A stretch of 64,000 bases of DNA from Polyangiales bacterium (lineage in GTDB: Bacteria; Myxococcota_A; Polyangia; Polyangiales; JBDIVX01): positions 48,606 through 112,605 of the forward strand of contig JBDIVX010000003.1 of NCBI GenBank assembly GCA_039794305.1, written 5' to 3'. The notes under the pieces were generated by a model. That model ran no database searches, had not been told where the DNA came from, and worked only from the letters and a program-made list of their open reading frames with translations. Of this stretch, positions 49,874-58,300 are shown one piece after another. The position numbers and the translations under genes were made by a program. Position 1 is the stretch's first letter; each line of letters starts with the position of its first letter.

Positions 49874-49889
49874 TGGGATGCGAGTTGCA
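49874..49889 (+). promoter_or_regulatory. candidate sigma-54 promoter (distal)
   Basis: TGGgAtGcgagTTGCA: GG and GC exactly 12 nt apart with a perfect -12 TTGCA. Overlaps the left arm of hairpin motif copy 2; 63 nt upstream of the ATG at 49952. Confidence 0.3.
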
Positions 49890-49914
49890 TTCGGACCTGT
49901 CCCCAATGCAACTG
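49882..49914 (+). repeat. 33-nt conserved hairpin motif, copy 2
   Basis: gagttgcattcggacctgtccccaatgcaactg, with 27/33 identity to copy 1. The core ggacctgtcccc is identical. Stem position 3/31 changes c-g to g-c (compensatory). Confidence 0.6.
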
Positions 49915-49922
49915 CCTGGCTC

Positions 49923-49938
49923 TGGCACGCCGAGTGCG
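49923..49938 (+). promoter_or_regulatory. candidate sigma-54 promoter (proximal)
   Basis: TGGCACGccgagTGCg: perfect -24 TGGCACG, with GC 12 nt after GG. The predicted start site would fall only 2-4 nt before the ATG at 49952 (near-leaderless), which weakens the call. Confidence 0.3.
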
Positions 49939-49951
49939 TGCGCCCTGATCG

Positions 49952-50407
49952 ATGCAGGCGTTCGTCGACTCTCTCACCTGGGCCACGTTCGTGGTGCTCG
50001 CGGCCGCGCTCTTCGTGATCGGGGGGGGAGTCCACGCGATCCGCCAGACGGTTCGCCAGCCGACGTACGAGACGGCCATCGCGTACGGCGCCGGGGGTCT
50101 GTTCGCCACGCTGTTCCTGCTCGCGGTCGGGCAGGCGGCGTACGTGCTCGGGATGTGGACAGCGAACCTCGAGATCGCAGCGGCGCCCGTGGCCCTGCGC
50201 CCCGAGATGCTGCAGCAGGCGGAGCTCGAAGCGCGATCGAGCCTGTACGTCGCCGTCGCCGGGGCCGCGGTCGCCCTGCCCATGGCCGTGTACCTCTTCG
50301 TGCGGGCCCTGCGGCTCCGCGGTCACGCACGCGAACGCGCGCCCGAACGCGAGCGGCCGTACGACCGCTGGCAGCCCCACGGCCGCCGCGACGCCGACGC
50401 GCACTAG
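49952..50407 (+). CDS. small integral membrane protein (3 predicted TM, no Cys), function unknown
   Basis: 151 aa. Hydrophobic segments LTWATFVVLAAALFVIGGGV, AIAYGAGGLFATLFLLAVGQAAYVLGMW and LYVAVAGAAVALPMAVYLFV, followed by a basic tail. Confidence 0.65.
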   Translation: MQAFVDSLTWATFVVLAAALFVIGGGVHAIRQTVRQPTYETAIAYGAGGLFATLFLLAVGQAAYVLGMWTANLEIAAAPVALRPEMLQQAELEARSSLYVAVAGAAVALPMAVYLFVRALRLRGHARERAPERERPYDRWQPHGRRDADAH

Positions 50408-50456
50408 ACGCATCGACGCATCGACAAGTCGTCAGGGTCGTCTACAGTTGCGGCCC

Positions 50457-52547
50457 ATGAGGCGCGTCGCCACGATGCTCCTGGCCTCCCTGTGGGTCGC
50501 GTGCAGCGCTCCACCGGGCGCGCGGCCCGCCCCGACCGCGACGAGCGACCTGCCGCGCCGGCTCGACGATGCGCGGTTTTCCGCAGCGGCCGTACAGGGC
50601 CTCGCGGCGGACCGAGGGGTCGCCGCGTACGCGGGACGGTGGCCGACCGACGGCCTGCCGGGCGCCGACGAGCGGCGGGTCCACGTGCCCGCCGACGGGG
50701 CGCCGGCGCGGGGTGCGGCCGAGCCTCTCGTGACGATCGTGGTGTTCAGCGACTTCGAGTGCCCGTTCTGCAGCCGCCTGAACCCGACGCTCGGTCGCCT
50801 GCTCGAGTCGCACCCGGACGACGTGCGCGTGGTGTTCCGGCAGTTCCCTCTCCCCATGCACCGCCACGCCGAGGACGCCGCGGAGGCCGCGCTCGAGGCG
50901 TTCGCGCAGCGGGGCGACGCCGGGTTCTGGGAGATGCACGACCTCATCTTCGCGAACCAGCGCGCCCTCGAGCGGCCCGACCTCGAGAGGTACGCGCAAG
51001 GGGCAGGCCTCGACGTGCACCGGTTCGCACGCGCGCTCGACGAGGGGGCGTACGAGGCCGCCGTCGACGCGGACGTGGCGATGGGCCGGCAGGCCGGCGT
51101 GCGAGGGACGCCGGCCTTCTTCCTGAACGGGCGCGTCCTCGTCGGGGCGCAGCCCTTCGAGCTCGTGGACGCCGTCGTGCGCGAGGAGATCGCGCTCGCG
51201 CGGGCGGCGATGGACGCCGGCGTGCCGCGCCACCACCTCTACGCGGCGGCGATGGCGGCCGTGAGCCGAACGGCGGCCGTGGACCGAGCACGCGCGGCCC
51301 CGCGGGAGCCGCCCCGACCGGAGCCGCCCCGCCGGCCCGAGCGGCGCGAGCCCCCGGAGGACACGGTCTACCACGTCCCCATCGAGGGCTCGCCTGCGCG
51401 CGGGCCACGCACGGCGCTCGTGACGATCGTCGAGCTCGGCGACGTCGAGTGCCCGTTCTGCGAGCGCGTGCAGGGCACGCTGTCCGAGCTGCGGGAGCGA
51501 TACGGAAGCGACCTCCGCATCGTCTGGAAGCACAACCCGCTTCCCTTCCACTCGAACGCCTTGCCCGCCGCGATGGCGCTCGAGGAGGCCCGCGCGCAGC
51601 GGGGCGAGCGCGCCTTCTGGCGCATGCACGACCTCCTGTTCGAGAACCGCTCGGAGCTCGATCGGGAGCACCTCGAGGAGTACGCGCGTGCGGTCGGCCT
51701 GAACGTGCGGCGTTTCCGCCGCGCCCTCGACGAAGAGCGTCACCGCGACGTGATCGAGCGGGACGTGGCCCTGGCCCGCCGGCTCGGCGCCACCGGCACG
51801 CCCACCTTCTTCGTGAACGGCGTCAAGCTCCGGGGCGCTCAGCCGCTCGAGCGCTTCGTCGAGCGGGTCGACGAGCGGCTCGCCGACGCACGGGCGCGCC
51901 TGGCACGGGGCACGCGCCGGCAGGACCTGTACGAGGCGGTGATCGCGGACGGCCTGGCCGACGTCGAGAGCTGGCGCGAGGGACAGCGACGCCCCGTCGC
52001 GATCTCGGTACCCGAGGGCGCCCCGTGGCGTGGAGCCCGTGACGGCGTCGTGACGATCCAGGTGTTCAGCGACTTCGAGTGCCCGTTCTGCGCCCGCGTG
52101 CGGCCCACCGTCGAGCGGTTGCTCGACGAGTACCCGAGCCAGGTGCGGCTCGTCTGGCGCAACCTGCCGCTGCCGATGCACGACCACGCAGAGCTCGCGG
52201 CGGAGGCCGCCATGGAGGTCTACGCGCAGGGTGGGAACGACGCCTTCTGGGCCTTCCACGACCTCCTGTTCGACCATCAGCGGGCGCTGAGCCCGGACGA
52301 CCTCGAAGGGTACGCCGAGCAGCTCGGCGCGCTCGACATGGTGCGGTTCCGCGAGGCGCTGCGCGACCACCGCCACCGTGGCGCCATCGAGGCGGACGTG
52401 GAGGCGGCCCGCGCGACGGGCGAGGGCCTCGGGACGCCGGCCTTCCTGATCGGCGGTCGCGTCGTCCAGGGCGCGCAGCCCTACGAGGTGTTTCGGGATG
52501 CCGTCGAGCGTGCGCTCGAGCCGGACGGCAACGCAGACGGCGGATGA
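50457..52547 (+). CDS. lipoprotein with three tandem DsbA-family thioredoxin modules (3x CPFC), paralog of 47774..49816
   Basis: ATG 50457 (the track starts at TTG 50448): MRRVATMLLASLWVACS (lipobox). CPFC codons at 50760, 51450 and 52080. Same module signature (FSDFECPFC / LGDVECPFC, NPLPFH, FW..HDLLF.N, GTP.FF.NG). Confidence 0.9.
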   Translation: MRRVATMLLASLWVACSAPPGARPAPTATSDLPRRLDDARFSAAAVQGLAADRGVAAYAGRWPTDGLPGADERRVHVPADGAPARGAAEPLVTIVVFSDFECPFCSRLNPTLGRLLESHPDDVRVVFRQFPLPMHRHAEDAAEAALEAFAQRGDAGFWEMHDLIFANQRALERPDLERYAQGAGLDVHRFARALDEGAYEAAVDADVAMGRQAGVRGTPAFFLNGRVLVGAQPFELVDAVVREEIALARAAMDAGVPRHHLYAAAMAAVSRTAAVDRARAAPREPPRPEPPRRPERREPPEDTVYHVPIEGSPARGPRTALVTIVELGDVECPFCERVQGTLSELRERYGSDLRIVWKHNPLPFHSNALPAAMALEEARAQRGERAFWRMHDLLFENRSELDREHLEEYARAVGLNVRRFRRALDEERHRDVIERDVALARRLGATGTPTFFVNGVKLRGAQPLERFVERVDERLADARARLARGTRRQDLYEAVIADGLADVESWREGQRRPVAISVPEGAPWRGARDGVVTIQVFSDFECPFCARVRPTVERLLDEYPSQVRLVWRNLPLPMHDHAELAAEAAMEVYAQGGNDAFWAFHDLLFDHQRALSPDDLEGYAEQLGALDMVRFREALRDHRHRGAIEADVEAARATGEGLGTPAFLIGGRVVQGAQPYEVFRDAVERALEPDGNADGG

Positions 52548-52555
52548 GGTCGTGA

Positions 52556-52584
52556 TTGACGCCCGATCACAGCTACAGTATCGT
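52556..52584 (+). promoter_or_regulatory. candidate sigma-70-type promoter
   Basis: TTGACG (52556-61), 17-nt spacer, TATCGT (52579-84), in a locally AT-richer gap 58 nt upstream of the ATG at 52642. Confidence 0.35.
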
Positions 52585-52641
52585 GCCGCGCCGGCCAGCC
52601 GGTATCAAACTCGAATCACTTCTTGAGGATGGAAGTACTCC

Positions 52642-53532
52642 ATGGCGACCAAGGCAAGGGCGGCGGAGAAGCCGCCGATCGTCGAAGAGCTGCATTTCCG
52701 AAGCGATAGCGCCTTCCTCTGCCTTCTCTTGAACCACCGGACCAAGTTCGTCCGGGTCATCGACTTCCGCGCGGGTGCGCTGCCGGCCAAGCGGCTGTTC
52801 ATCCAGTCGGTGGCCAAGCGCGAGGGCGTGCAGAAGGTCATCACGCTCGTCGAGAAGGACGAGGTCTCGAGCTGGACCCGGGTCGGGTTCGTCCGCGAGG
52901 GGACGATCCCCGGCTTCTACAAGCGGAGCGACGGTCACCTGTGCGGGTGCGTCATCGGCGACAAGACCGCGAGCGTCGAGGTGACCGACGAGGGCATGAA
53001 GCTCGCGGAGCGCACGATCAACGCGGCCAAGAAGAATGCCAAGGACATCCCCGACAAGGTGAAGGGCGTGTCGATCCACGAGGTCGAGGCCTCGGAGGCC
53101 GAGGCGGCGCGCGACGCGGCCGTCAAGAAGGGCACCGCCGTCAACACCTTCGACCCGTTCGGACGGGACGCCGAGCGCTTCTACTTCGACTGCGCGACGC
53201 GCCGCGGCAAGCCCAACTACATCGCGGCGGAATATCAGGACTGCTTCGGTCACTCGCTGATCGAGACCCTCCGCAGCCCGGCCTCCGACAACGAGGTGCT
53301 CGCGCTCACCGAGGGGCTCCGCGCGATATGCGCGGAGCTGAAGGACCGCGGGATCATCAGCGCCTTCGGGTTCGCGGCGAGCGACGACGTGCAGCTCGGT
53401 ACGGCATACACGGCGGCGGGCTTCCGCAAGACCGGCCTGCTCGCCCAGGCCGTGTCGGCCGGCGGCGAGCGCAAGGACGCGATCCTCTGGACGCAGAAGC
53501 TCGCGAACCCGGGCTCGGACGACGAGGGCTGA
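52642..53532 (+). CDS. two-lobed GNAT-like (acetyltransferase-fold) protein
   Basis: 296 aa. Both halves end in GNAT-like strands (..VQKVITLVEKDEVSSWTRVGFVREGTIPGFY.. and ..AFGFAASDDVQLGTAYTAAGFRKTGLL...DAILWTQKL). I could not identify a clear acetyl-CoA Q/RxxGxG/A motif. Confidence 0.6.
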   Translation: MATKARAAEKPPIVEELHFRSDSAFLCLLLNHRTKFVRVIDFRAGALPAKRLFIQSVAKREGVQKVITLVEKDEVSSWTRVGFVREGTIPGFYKRSDGHLCGCVIGDKTASVEVTDEGMKLAERTINAAKKNAKDIPDKVKGVSIHEVEASEAEAARDAAVKKGTAVNTFDPFGRDAERFYFDCATRRGKPNYIAAEYQDCFGHSLIETLRSPASDNEVLALTEGLRAICAELKDRGIISAFGFAASDDVQLGTAYTAAGFRKTGLLAQAVSAGGERKDAILWTQKLANPGSDDEG

Positions 53533-53672
53533 GCCGGAACGGGCCGGGTCGCCTCCTCGAGGCGAGGCCCCTGAAACCACCGACGCAAGTAGCGTTTCGC
53601 CCCGCCCTCGCCGGTCCCCCGGGACGGTCACTTTGCGAGGTCCGCGGCGTCTTGTAACCTCCACACCCCGAG

Positions 53673-54062
53673 ATGCGAACACGAGAAGACATCGAATCCT
53701 ATCTGATGCGGTCCGGCCTCCGGTACGAGGAGGTCGAGGAGGACATGTGGGTCGTCCACGACCAGGCCAGCACCGAGAACATCGTGGTGCGCATGGCCGG
53801 GCCGCTGGTCCTGTTCCGCGTGAAGGTGCTGGAGCTCGCCACCGTCGAGCGGCGCTCCGAGCTGTTCGAGAAGCTGCTGGAGCTCAACGCGGAGGACATG
53901 GTGCACGGTGCCTATGGTATCGCGAACGACGCCATCGTCCTCACGTGCGCGCTGCGCCTCGAGAACCTCGACTACAGTGAGTTTCAGGGCACCATCGACG
54001 ATTTCTCCCTGGCGCTGACGAATCACTACGAAACGCTGGCGAGCTTCCGGGACGCGGCGTAG
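53673..54062 (+). CDS. YbjN-like small cytoplasmic protein
   Basis: 129 aa: ..IESYLMRSGLRYEEVEEDMWVV...LLELNAEDMVHGAYGIANDAIVLTCALRLENLDYSEFQGTIDDF.. matches my recollection of the YbjN/T3SS-chaperone-like family. 14 nt upstream of pspA. Confidence 0.6.
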   Translation: MRTREDIESYLMRSGLRYEEVEEDMWVVHDQASTENIVVRMAGPLVLFRVKVLELATVERRSELFEKLLELNAEDMVHGAYGIANDAIVLTCALRLENLDYSEFQGTIDDFSLALTNHYETLASFRDAA

Positions 54063-54076
54063 GAATTGGGGGAGAC

Positions 54077-54874
54077 ATGGGTTTCTTCGGCCGGCTCGCG
54101 CAGCTCATCAAGAGCAACCTGAACGACCTGATCAACCGGGCGGAAGACCCGGAGAAGATGCTCAATCAGGTCATCCTCGACATGAACACGCAGCTCGTCG
54201 AGGCGAAGAAGCAGGTTGCAGTCGCCATCGCGGACGAGAAGAAGCTGCAGAAGCAGCACAACAACGAGGCCAGCGTCGCCGAGGAGTGGGAGCGGAAGGC
54301 CATGATGGCGATCCGCGCCGGCGACGACGCGCTCGCGAAGGAGGCGCTGCTCCGCAAGAAGGAGCACGACGCGCTCGCGGTGCAGTACAAGGAGCAGTGG
54401 GAGAAGCAACGCGTCGCGGTCGACTCGCTCAAGACCGCCCTGCGCGCCCTGAACAACAAGATCGAGGAGGCGAAGCGCAAGAAGAACGTGCTCATCGCAC
54501 GCAAGCGCCGCGCCGAGGCGATGAAGAGCATCCAGGAGACCATGAGCGGTCTCTCGGACACGAGCGCGTTCGAGACGTTCGACCGGATGGCCCAGAAGAT
54601 CGACCAGATCGAGGCCGAGGCGGAGGCGGGCGCGGAGATCGCCGAGGAGTACACGGGCGACGTCCTCAAGCACAAGTTCCAGCAGCTCGAGGCGACGGCC
54701 GGCGCCGACGCGGACCTCGAGGACCTCAAGCGCAAGATGGGCATCCTCCCGGCCGCGGAGGAGGCGCCGGCGGTCGCGGCGCGCGTCGAGGCGGAGGCCA
54801 CCGAGGAAGAGGTCGAGATGGCCGAGCTCGAGGCGGCCCTCGAGGAGCTGAAGCGGCGCGAAGCCGGGGGATGA
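54077..54874 (+). CDS. pspA: PspA/IM30 family protein
   Basis: MGFFGRLAQLIKSNLNDLINRAEDPEKMLNQVILDMNTQLVEAKKQVAVAIADEKKLQ... is a canonical PspA/Vipp1 N-terminus and coiled coil. Confidence 0.9.
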   Translation: MGFFGRLAQLIKSNLNDLINRAEDPEKMLNQVILDMNTQLVEAKKQVAVAIADEKKLQKQHNNEASVAEEWERKAMMAIRAGDDALAKEALLRKKEHDALAVQYKEQWEKQRVAVDSLKTALRALNNKIEEAKRKKNVLIARKRRAEAMKSIQETMSGLSDTSAFETFDRMAQKIDQIEAEAEAGAEIAEEYTGDVLKHKFQQLEATAGADADLEDLKRKMGILPAAEEAPAVAARVEAEATEEEVEMAELEAALEELKRREAGG

Positions 54875-54896
54875 CGGCCGGCGCGCAGTCCGCCGA

Positions 54897-54924
54897 TTGA
54901 CAGGTCCCGGCGCATCCTTATCTT
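54897..54924 (+). promoter_or_regulatory. candidate sigma-70-type promoter
   Basis: TTGACA (54897-902), 16-nt spacer, TATCTT (54919-24); 29 nt upstream of the ATG at 54953 with a gagg RBS in between. Confidence 0.35.
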
Positions 54925-54952
54925 GGGGCGCGGACTTTTCCGGAGCCCGAGG

Positions 54953-55264
54953 ATGCCCACCTACGAGTACGCCTGCGACGCCTGCGGTCACGAGTTCGAG
55001 CGCGAGCAGCGGATCACCGAGGACGCCATCAAGGAGTGTCCCGGGTGCGGCAAGCCCGAGGCGCGCCGCATGGTCGGGGCGGGGAACTTCATCCTGAAGG
55101 GGGGCGGCTGGTACGCCGACCTGTACTCGTCGACCCCGAAGGACAAGAAGAAGGGTGACGGCGCCTCGGAGCCGAAGAGCGAGAGCAAGCCCGCGTCCGA
55201 GTCGAAGCCCGCGTCCGAGTCGAAGCCCGCGTCCGAGTCGAAGAAGAAGGCCGCGGCGGAGTAG
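54953..55264 (+). CDS. FmdB-family zinc-ribbon protein with Ser/Lys/Glu-rich repeat tail
   Basis: MPTYEYACDACGHEFEREQRITEDAIKECPGCG (CxxC...CxxC), then KSESKPASESKPASESKPASESKKK. Confidence 0.85.
   Translation: MPTYEYACDACGHEFEREQRITEDAIKECPGCGKPEARRMVGAGNFILKGGGWYADLYSSTPKDKKKGDGASEPKSESKPASESKPASESKPASESKKKAAAE
55186..55239 (+). repeat. 18-bp perfect coding tandem repeat x3 (KPASES)
   Basis: aagcccgcgtccgagtcg at 55186, 55204 and 55222. Confidence 0.85.
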
Positions 55265-55275
55265 CCCCCAGAGCG

Positions 55276-57489
55276 TCAGGCCTTCTCGAGGTGGCTCAGC
55301 GTGATGCGCTTGGTGCCTTCGTGGAAGGCGACGCTCGCGCGCGGAGGCAAGCCCGGGTCCACCGACACGACGACGCCGACTCCGAAGCGGGCGTGGCGGA
55401 CGCGCATCCCGGGGTGGAGGCCCTCCTCGAAGATGTCCGAGCCCTCGCTCGTGTCGACGTACGCCTCGCCGGCGGAGCGCGGTGCGCGCGTGGGTGGAGG
55501 CACGCGGTCGCCCGAGCTCGACCCGGGTCGCGGGTAGGCGGGCTCGGGCGCGGACACGGGGCGCACGCCGAGCCACTGGACGTCGTCCTCGGGCAGCTCC
55601 GCGAGGAACCGCGACGGCTGCCCGAGGCGTGACTGGCCGAAGAGCATGCGCACCGCGGCGAAGCTCAGGATGAGCCGCTCCTCGGCGCGGGTGAACGCCA
55701 CGTACGCGAGGCGACGCTCCTCCTCCATCTCCTCCGGGTCCTCGTACGGCTCCGAGCCGCGCATCGGGAAGAGCTGCTCCTCGAGCCCGGTGACGATCAC
55801 CACCGGGAACTCCAGCCCCTTGGCGGCGTGGACGGTCATGAGCGTGAGGTGGTCGTCGCCGGGCCCCTCGGCCTCGTCGGCGCTCGTCTGCAGCGTGACC
55901 AGCTCGAGGAAGCCGGCGAGCGTCGGCGCCTCGTGCTCCGTCTGGAATTGCTGCATGGAGCCGAGGAGCTCCCGGACGTTCTCGATCCGCGCGTCCGACT
56001 CGGGAGTGTCCTCGTTCTCGAGCATGTCGAGGTAGCCCGTCCGATCGACCACGTCCTGGCCGAGGTGCACGAGCTCCGTTCCGTCGCCGACCTCGGCCCG
56101 GAGCTCCTCGACGAGGGCGACCAGCTCGGCGAGCTTCTTCCTGGCCGAGGCGCCGTGCGCCGGGTTCTCGCCGGCGCGCCGCATCGCCTCCCACACGCCG
56201 ATCCCCTCGCCCGCGGCGTGCTCGAGCACACGGCCCACGGTGGTCTTGCCGATCCCGCGGGGCGGCGTATTCACGATCCGGAGCAGGCTGATGTCGTCGC
56301 CCGGGTTGTGAAGGACCCTGAGGTACGCGAGCACGTCCTTCACCTCGGCGCGGTCGTAGAACCGCATGCCGCCGACGACGCGGTAGGACACGTTCGCCGC
56401 GCGAAGCGCTTCTTCGAGCACGCGCGACTGGGCGTGCGTCCGGTAGAACACGGCGACGTCTCCGAGCGCGCGGCCCTCGGCGCGGAGCTCGGCGACCGCG
56501 CGGACCAGCATGCGGGCCTCGTCACGCTCGTCGTCGTTGCGAACGACCAGCGCCTTGGGCCCGTCTCGGTTCTCGGTCCAGAGCTCCTTCGGCTCGCGCT
56601 CGACGTTGCGCGAGATGACGGCGTGTGCGATCCGCAGGATGCGCCGGGTCGATCGGTAGTTCTGTTCGAGCTTGACCACCGTCGCGTCGGGGAACTCCCG
56701 GCGGAAGTCGAGGATGTTGCGGCGGTCGGCGCCACGCCACCGGTAGATGCTCTGGTCGTCGTCGCCGACCACGCAGACGTTCCGGTGCTGGGCGCACAAC
56801 GCACGCACGAGCCTGTACTGAGCGTGGTTGGTGTCCTGGAACTCGTCGACGAGGACGTGCTCGAACCGGCCGGAGACCTCGCGCCGGAGCGCGTCGTCCT
56901 CCTCGAGGGCGACGACCAGCCGGTAGATGAGGTCGCCGAAGTCGAGGGCGCCGCACATGTCCATGCGCTTCTCGTACTCGGCGTAGATCCGTCCGACGAC
57001 CTCCCGCCACGGGTCACCGGCCTCGTACCGCTCGGGCGGGACGATCTCCTGTTTGGCTCGGTTGATCTGCGCGGCCACCGCCCGGGCGGCGAAGCGCCGC
57101 TCGTCGAGCCCGAGGTCCCGGACGACCCGGCGTACCATCGCCTGCTGGTCGCTGTCGTCGTAGATCGTGAAGTCCTTCTTCACCCGGGCCGGCTCGGCGT
57201 ACCGGCGGAGCAGGCGGGCGCAGATCGCGTGGAAGGTGCCCACCCACAGGGAGCGGGCCGGCGCGCCGAGGAGCCCCCCGAGCCGCTCGCGCATCTCGCC
57301 CGCGGCCTTGTTGGTGAAGGTGACGGCCAGGACCCGAAAGGGGGGGACACCCAGCTCCGCGACGAGGTGTGCGACCCGGTGGGTGATCACCCGCGTCTTG
57401 CCGCTGCCGGCCCCCGCGAAGACGACCAGGGGGCCGCCCTCGTGCAGGACTGCCGCCTTCTGGGGCGGGTTCAGGTGCTCGAGAGACAT
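55276..57489 (-). CDS. ATP-dependent DNA helicase, UvrD/PcrA/Rep family
   Basis: 737 aa: LNPPQKAAV..., Walker A AGAGSGKT, TFTNKAA, VDEFQDTN, VGDDDQSIY.WRGA, TVH.AKGLEF, C-terminal GMRVRHARFGVGVV. Confidence 0.9.
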   Translation of the reverse strand: MSLEHLNPPQKAAVLHEGGPLVVFAGAGSGKTRVITHRVAHLVAELGVPPFRVLAVTFTNKAAGEMRERLGGLLGAPARSLWVGTFHAICARLLRRYAEPARVKKDFTIYDDSDQQAMVRRVVRDLGLDERRFAARAVAAQINRAKQEIVPPERYEAGDPWREVVGRIYAEYEKRMDMCGALDFGDLIYRLVVALEEDDALRREVSGRFEHVLVDEFQDTNHAQYRLVRALCAQHRNVCVVGDDDQSIYRWRGADRRNILDFRREFPDATVVKLEQNYRSTRRILRIAHAVISRNVEREPKELWTENRDGPKALVVRNDDERDEARMLVRAVAELRAEGRALGDVAVFYRTHAQSRVLEEALRAANVSYRVVGGMRFYDRAEVKDVLAYLRVLHNPGDDISLLRIVNTPPRGIGKTTVGRVLEHAAGEGIGVWEAMRRAGENPAHGASARKKLAELVALVEELRAEVGDGTELVHLGQDVVDRTGYLDMLENEDTPESDARIENVRELLGSMQQFQTEHEAPTLAGFLELVTLQTSADEAEGPGDDHLTLMTVHAAKGLEFPVVIVTGLEEQLFPMRGSEPYEDPEEMEEERRLAYVAFTRAEERLILSFAAVRMLFGQSRLGQPSRFLAELPEDDVQWLGVRPVSAPEPAYPRPGSSSGDRVPPPTRAPRSAGEAYVDTSEGSDIFEEGLHPGMRVRHARFGVGVVVSVDPGLPPRASVAFHEGTKRITLSHLEKA

Positions 57490-57576
57490 CGGGGCCCCGG
57501 GAGGTTAGCGCAAATAGCGGGTGCTTCTCGGCGCGAAATCCTCGGAGTTGCGAGGGTTCGTGCTACAAATCGCCCC

Positions 57577-58299
57577 ATGAAGACGGCTTCGCCGGAAGCG
57601 TCGCCGAAGGCCGCGGGGGCAAGCGACGAAGGCCGCGAGTCGCCGGTGAATGATCCCGGCGAGGAGCCGTCCAACGCCTTGGAACCAGGGGCTTCCGGCC
57701 CGGACGACCGGGAGCTGGTCGATCGGATTCAGGATGGTGACGAGGCCGCGTTCAAGGAGCTCTTCGACCGGTACCACCGCCGGGCCTTCGCCGTGGCGTT
57801 CGGGGTCGTCAAGAACCGGCAGGACGCGCTCGACATCGTCCAGGACGCGTTCATCAAGGTCCACCGGCACATCGGCAACTTCCAAGGCTCGTCCAGCTTC
57901 TACACCTGGCTGTACCGCATCGTCATGAACCTCTCCATCGACCACGTCCGCCGCAACAAGAAGGGCAAGGACCTGGACTACGACGACAAGGTCGGCCGGG
58001 ACGACGGCACGGTCGCGGGCGACGGGACGCTGCTCCCCACCATCCTGAACGGCAACCCCGGCAAGACGGTGCTGCGCAAGGAGCTGTCGGAGGCGATCCA
58101 GGCGGCGCTCGAGGAGCTGCCCGAGTACCACCGCGCGGTCATCCTGCTGCGGGAGGTCGAGGGGCTCAGCTACGAGGAGATGGCAAAGGTCCTCGAGGTG
58201 CCCAAGGGCACCATCATGAGCCGTCTCTTCCACGCGAGAAAGAAGATGCAGGCGTCCCTCGCGGTGTACCTGGCCGGCGACCTGAAGATCGAGGAATGA
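57577..58299 (+). CDS. ECF-type RNA polymerase sigma factor
   Basis: In-frame ATG 57577. Region 2 FKELFDRYHRRAFAVAFGVVKNRQDALDIVQDAFIKV. Region 4 LPEYHRAVILLREVEGLSYEEMAKVLEVPKGTIMSRLFHARKKM. Confidence 0.9.
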   Translation: MKTASPEASPKAAGASDEGRESPVNDPGEEPSNALEPGASGPDDRELVDRIQDGDEAAFKELFDRYHRRAFAVAFGVVKNRQDALDIVQDAFIKVHRHIGNFQGSSSFYTWLYRIVMNLSIDHVRRNKKGKDLDYDDKVGRDDGTVAGDGTLLPTILNGNPGKTVLRKELSEAIQAALEELPEYHRAVILLREVEGLSYEEMAKVLEVPKGTIMSRLFHARKKMQASLAVYLAGDLKIEE

Positions 58300-58300
58300 C

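Noticed and set aside
49952-50407. The 3-TM protein between the two triple-DsbA genes as a DsbB/VKOR-like reoxidase.
   Set aside because: The 151-aa sequence contains no cysteine at all, so it cannot carry out quinone-coupled disulfide exchange in the known way.
50405-50425. Short direct repeat gacgcatcgacgcatcgac between the membrane-protein gene and the second triple-DsbA gene.
   Set aside because: Only two copies of an 8-9-nt unit. This is compatible with chance or slippage, and no structure or motif is attached to it.
53621-53637. Sigma-54-like element GGGACGgtcacTTTGC upstream of the YbjN-like/pspA genes. It was attractive because E. coli pspA is sigma-54 dependent.
   Set aside because: GG and GC are 13 nt apart instead of 12, and there is no PspF homologue nearby. 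A similar off-by-one match upstream of cysS (29106-29122, cGGCACGagggtTGGCa) was rejected for the same reason.
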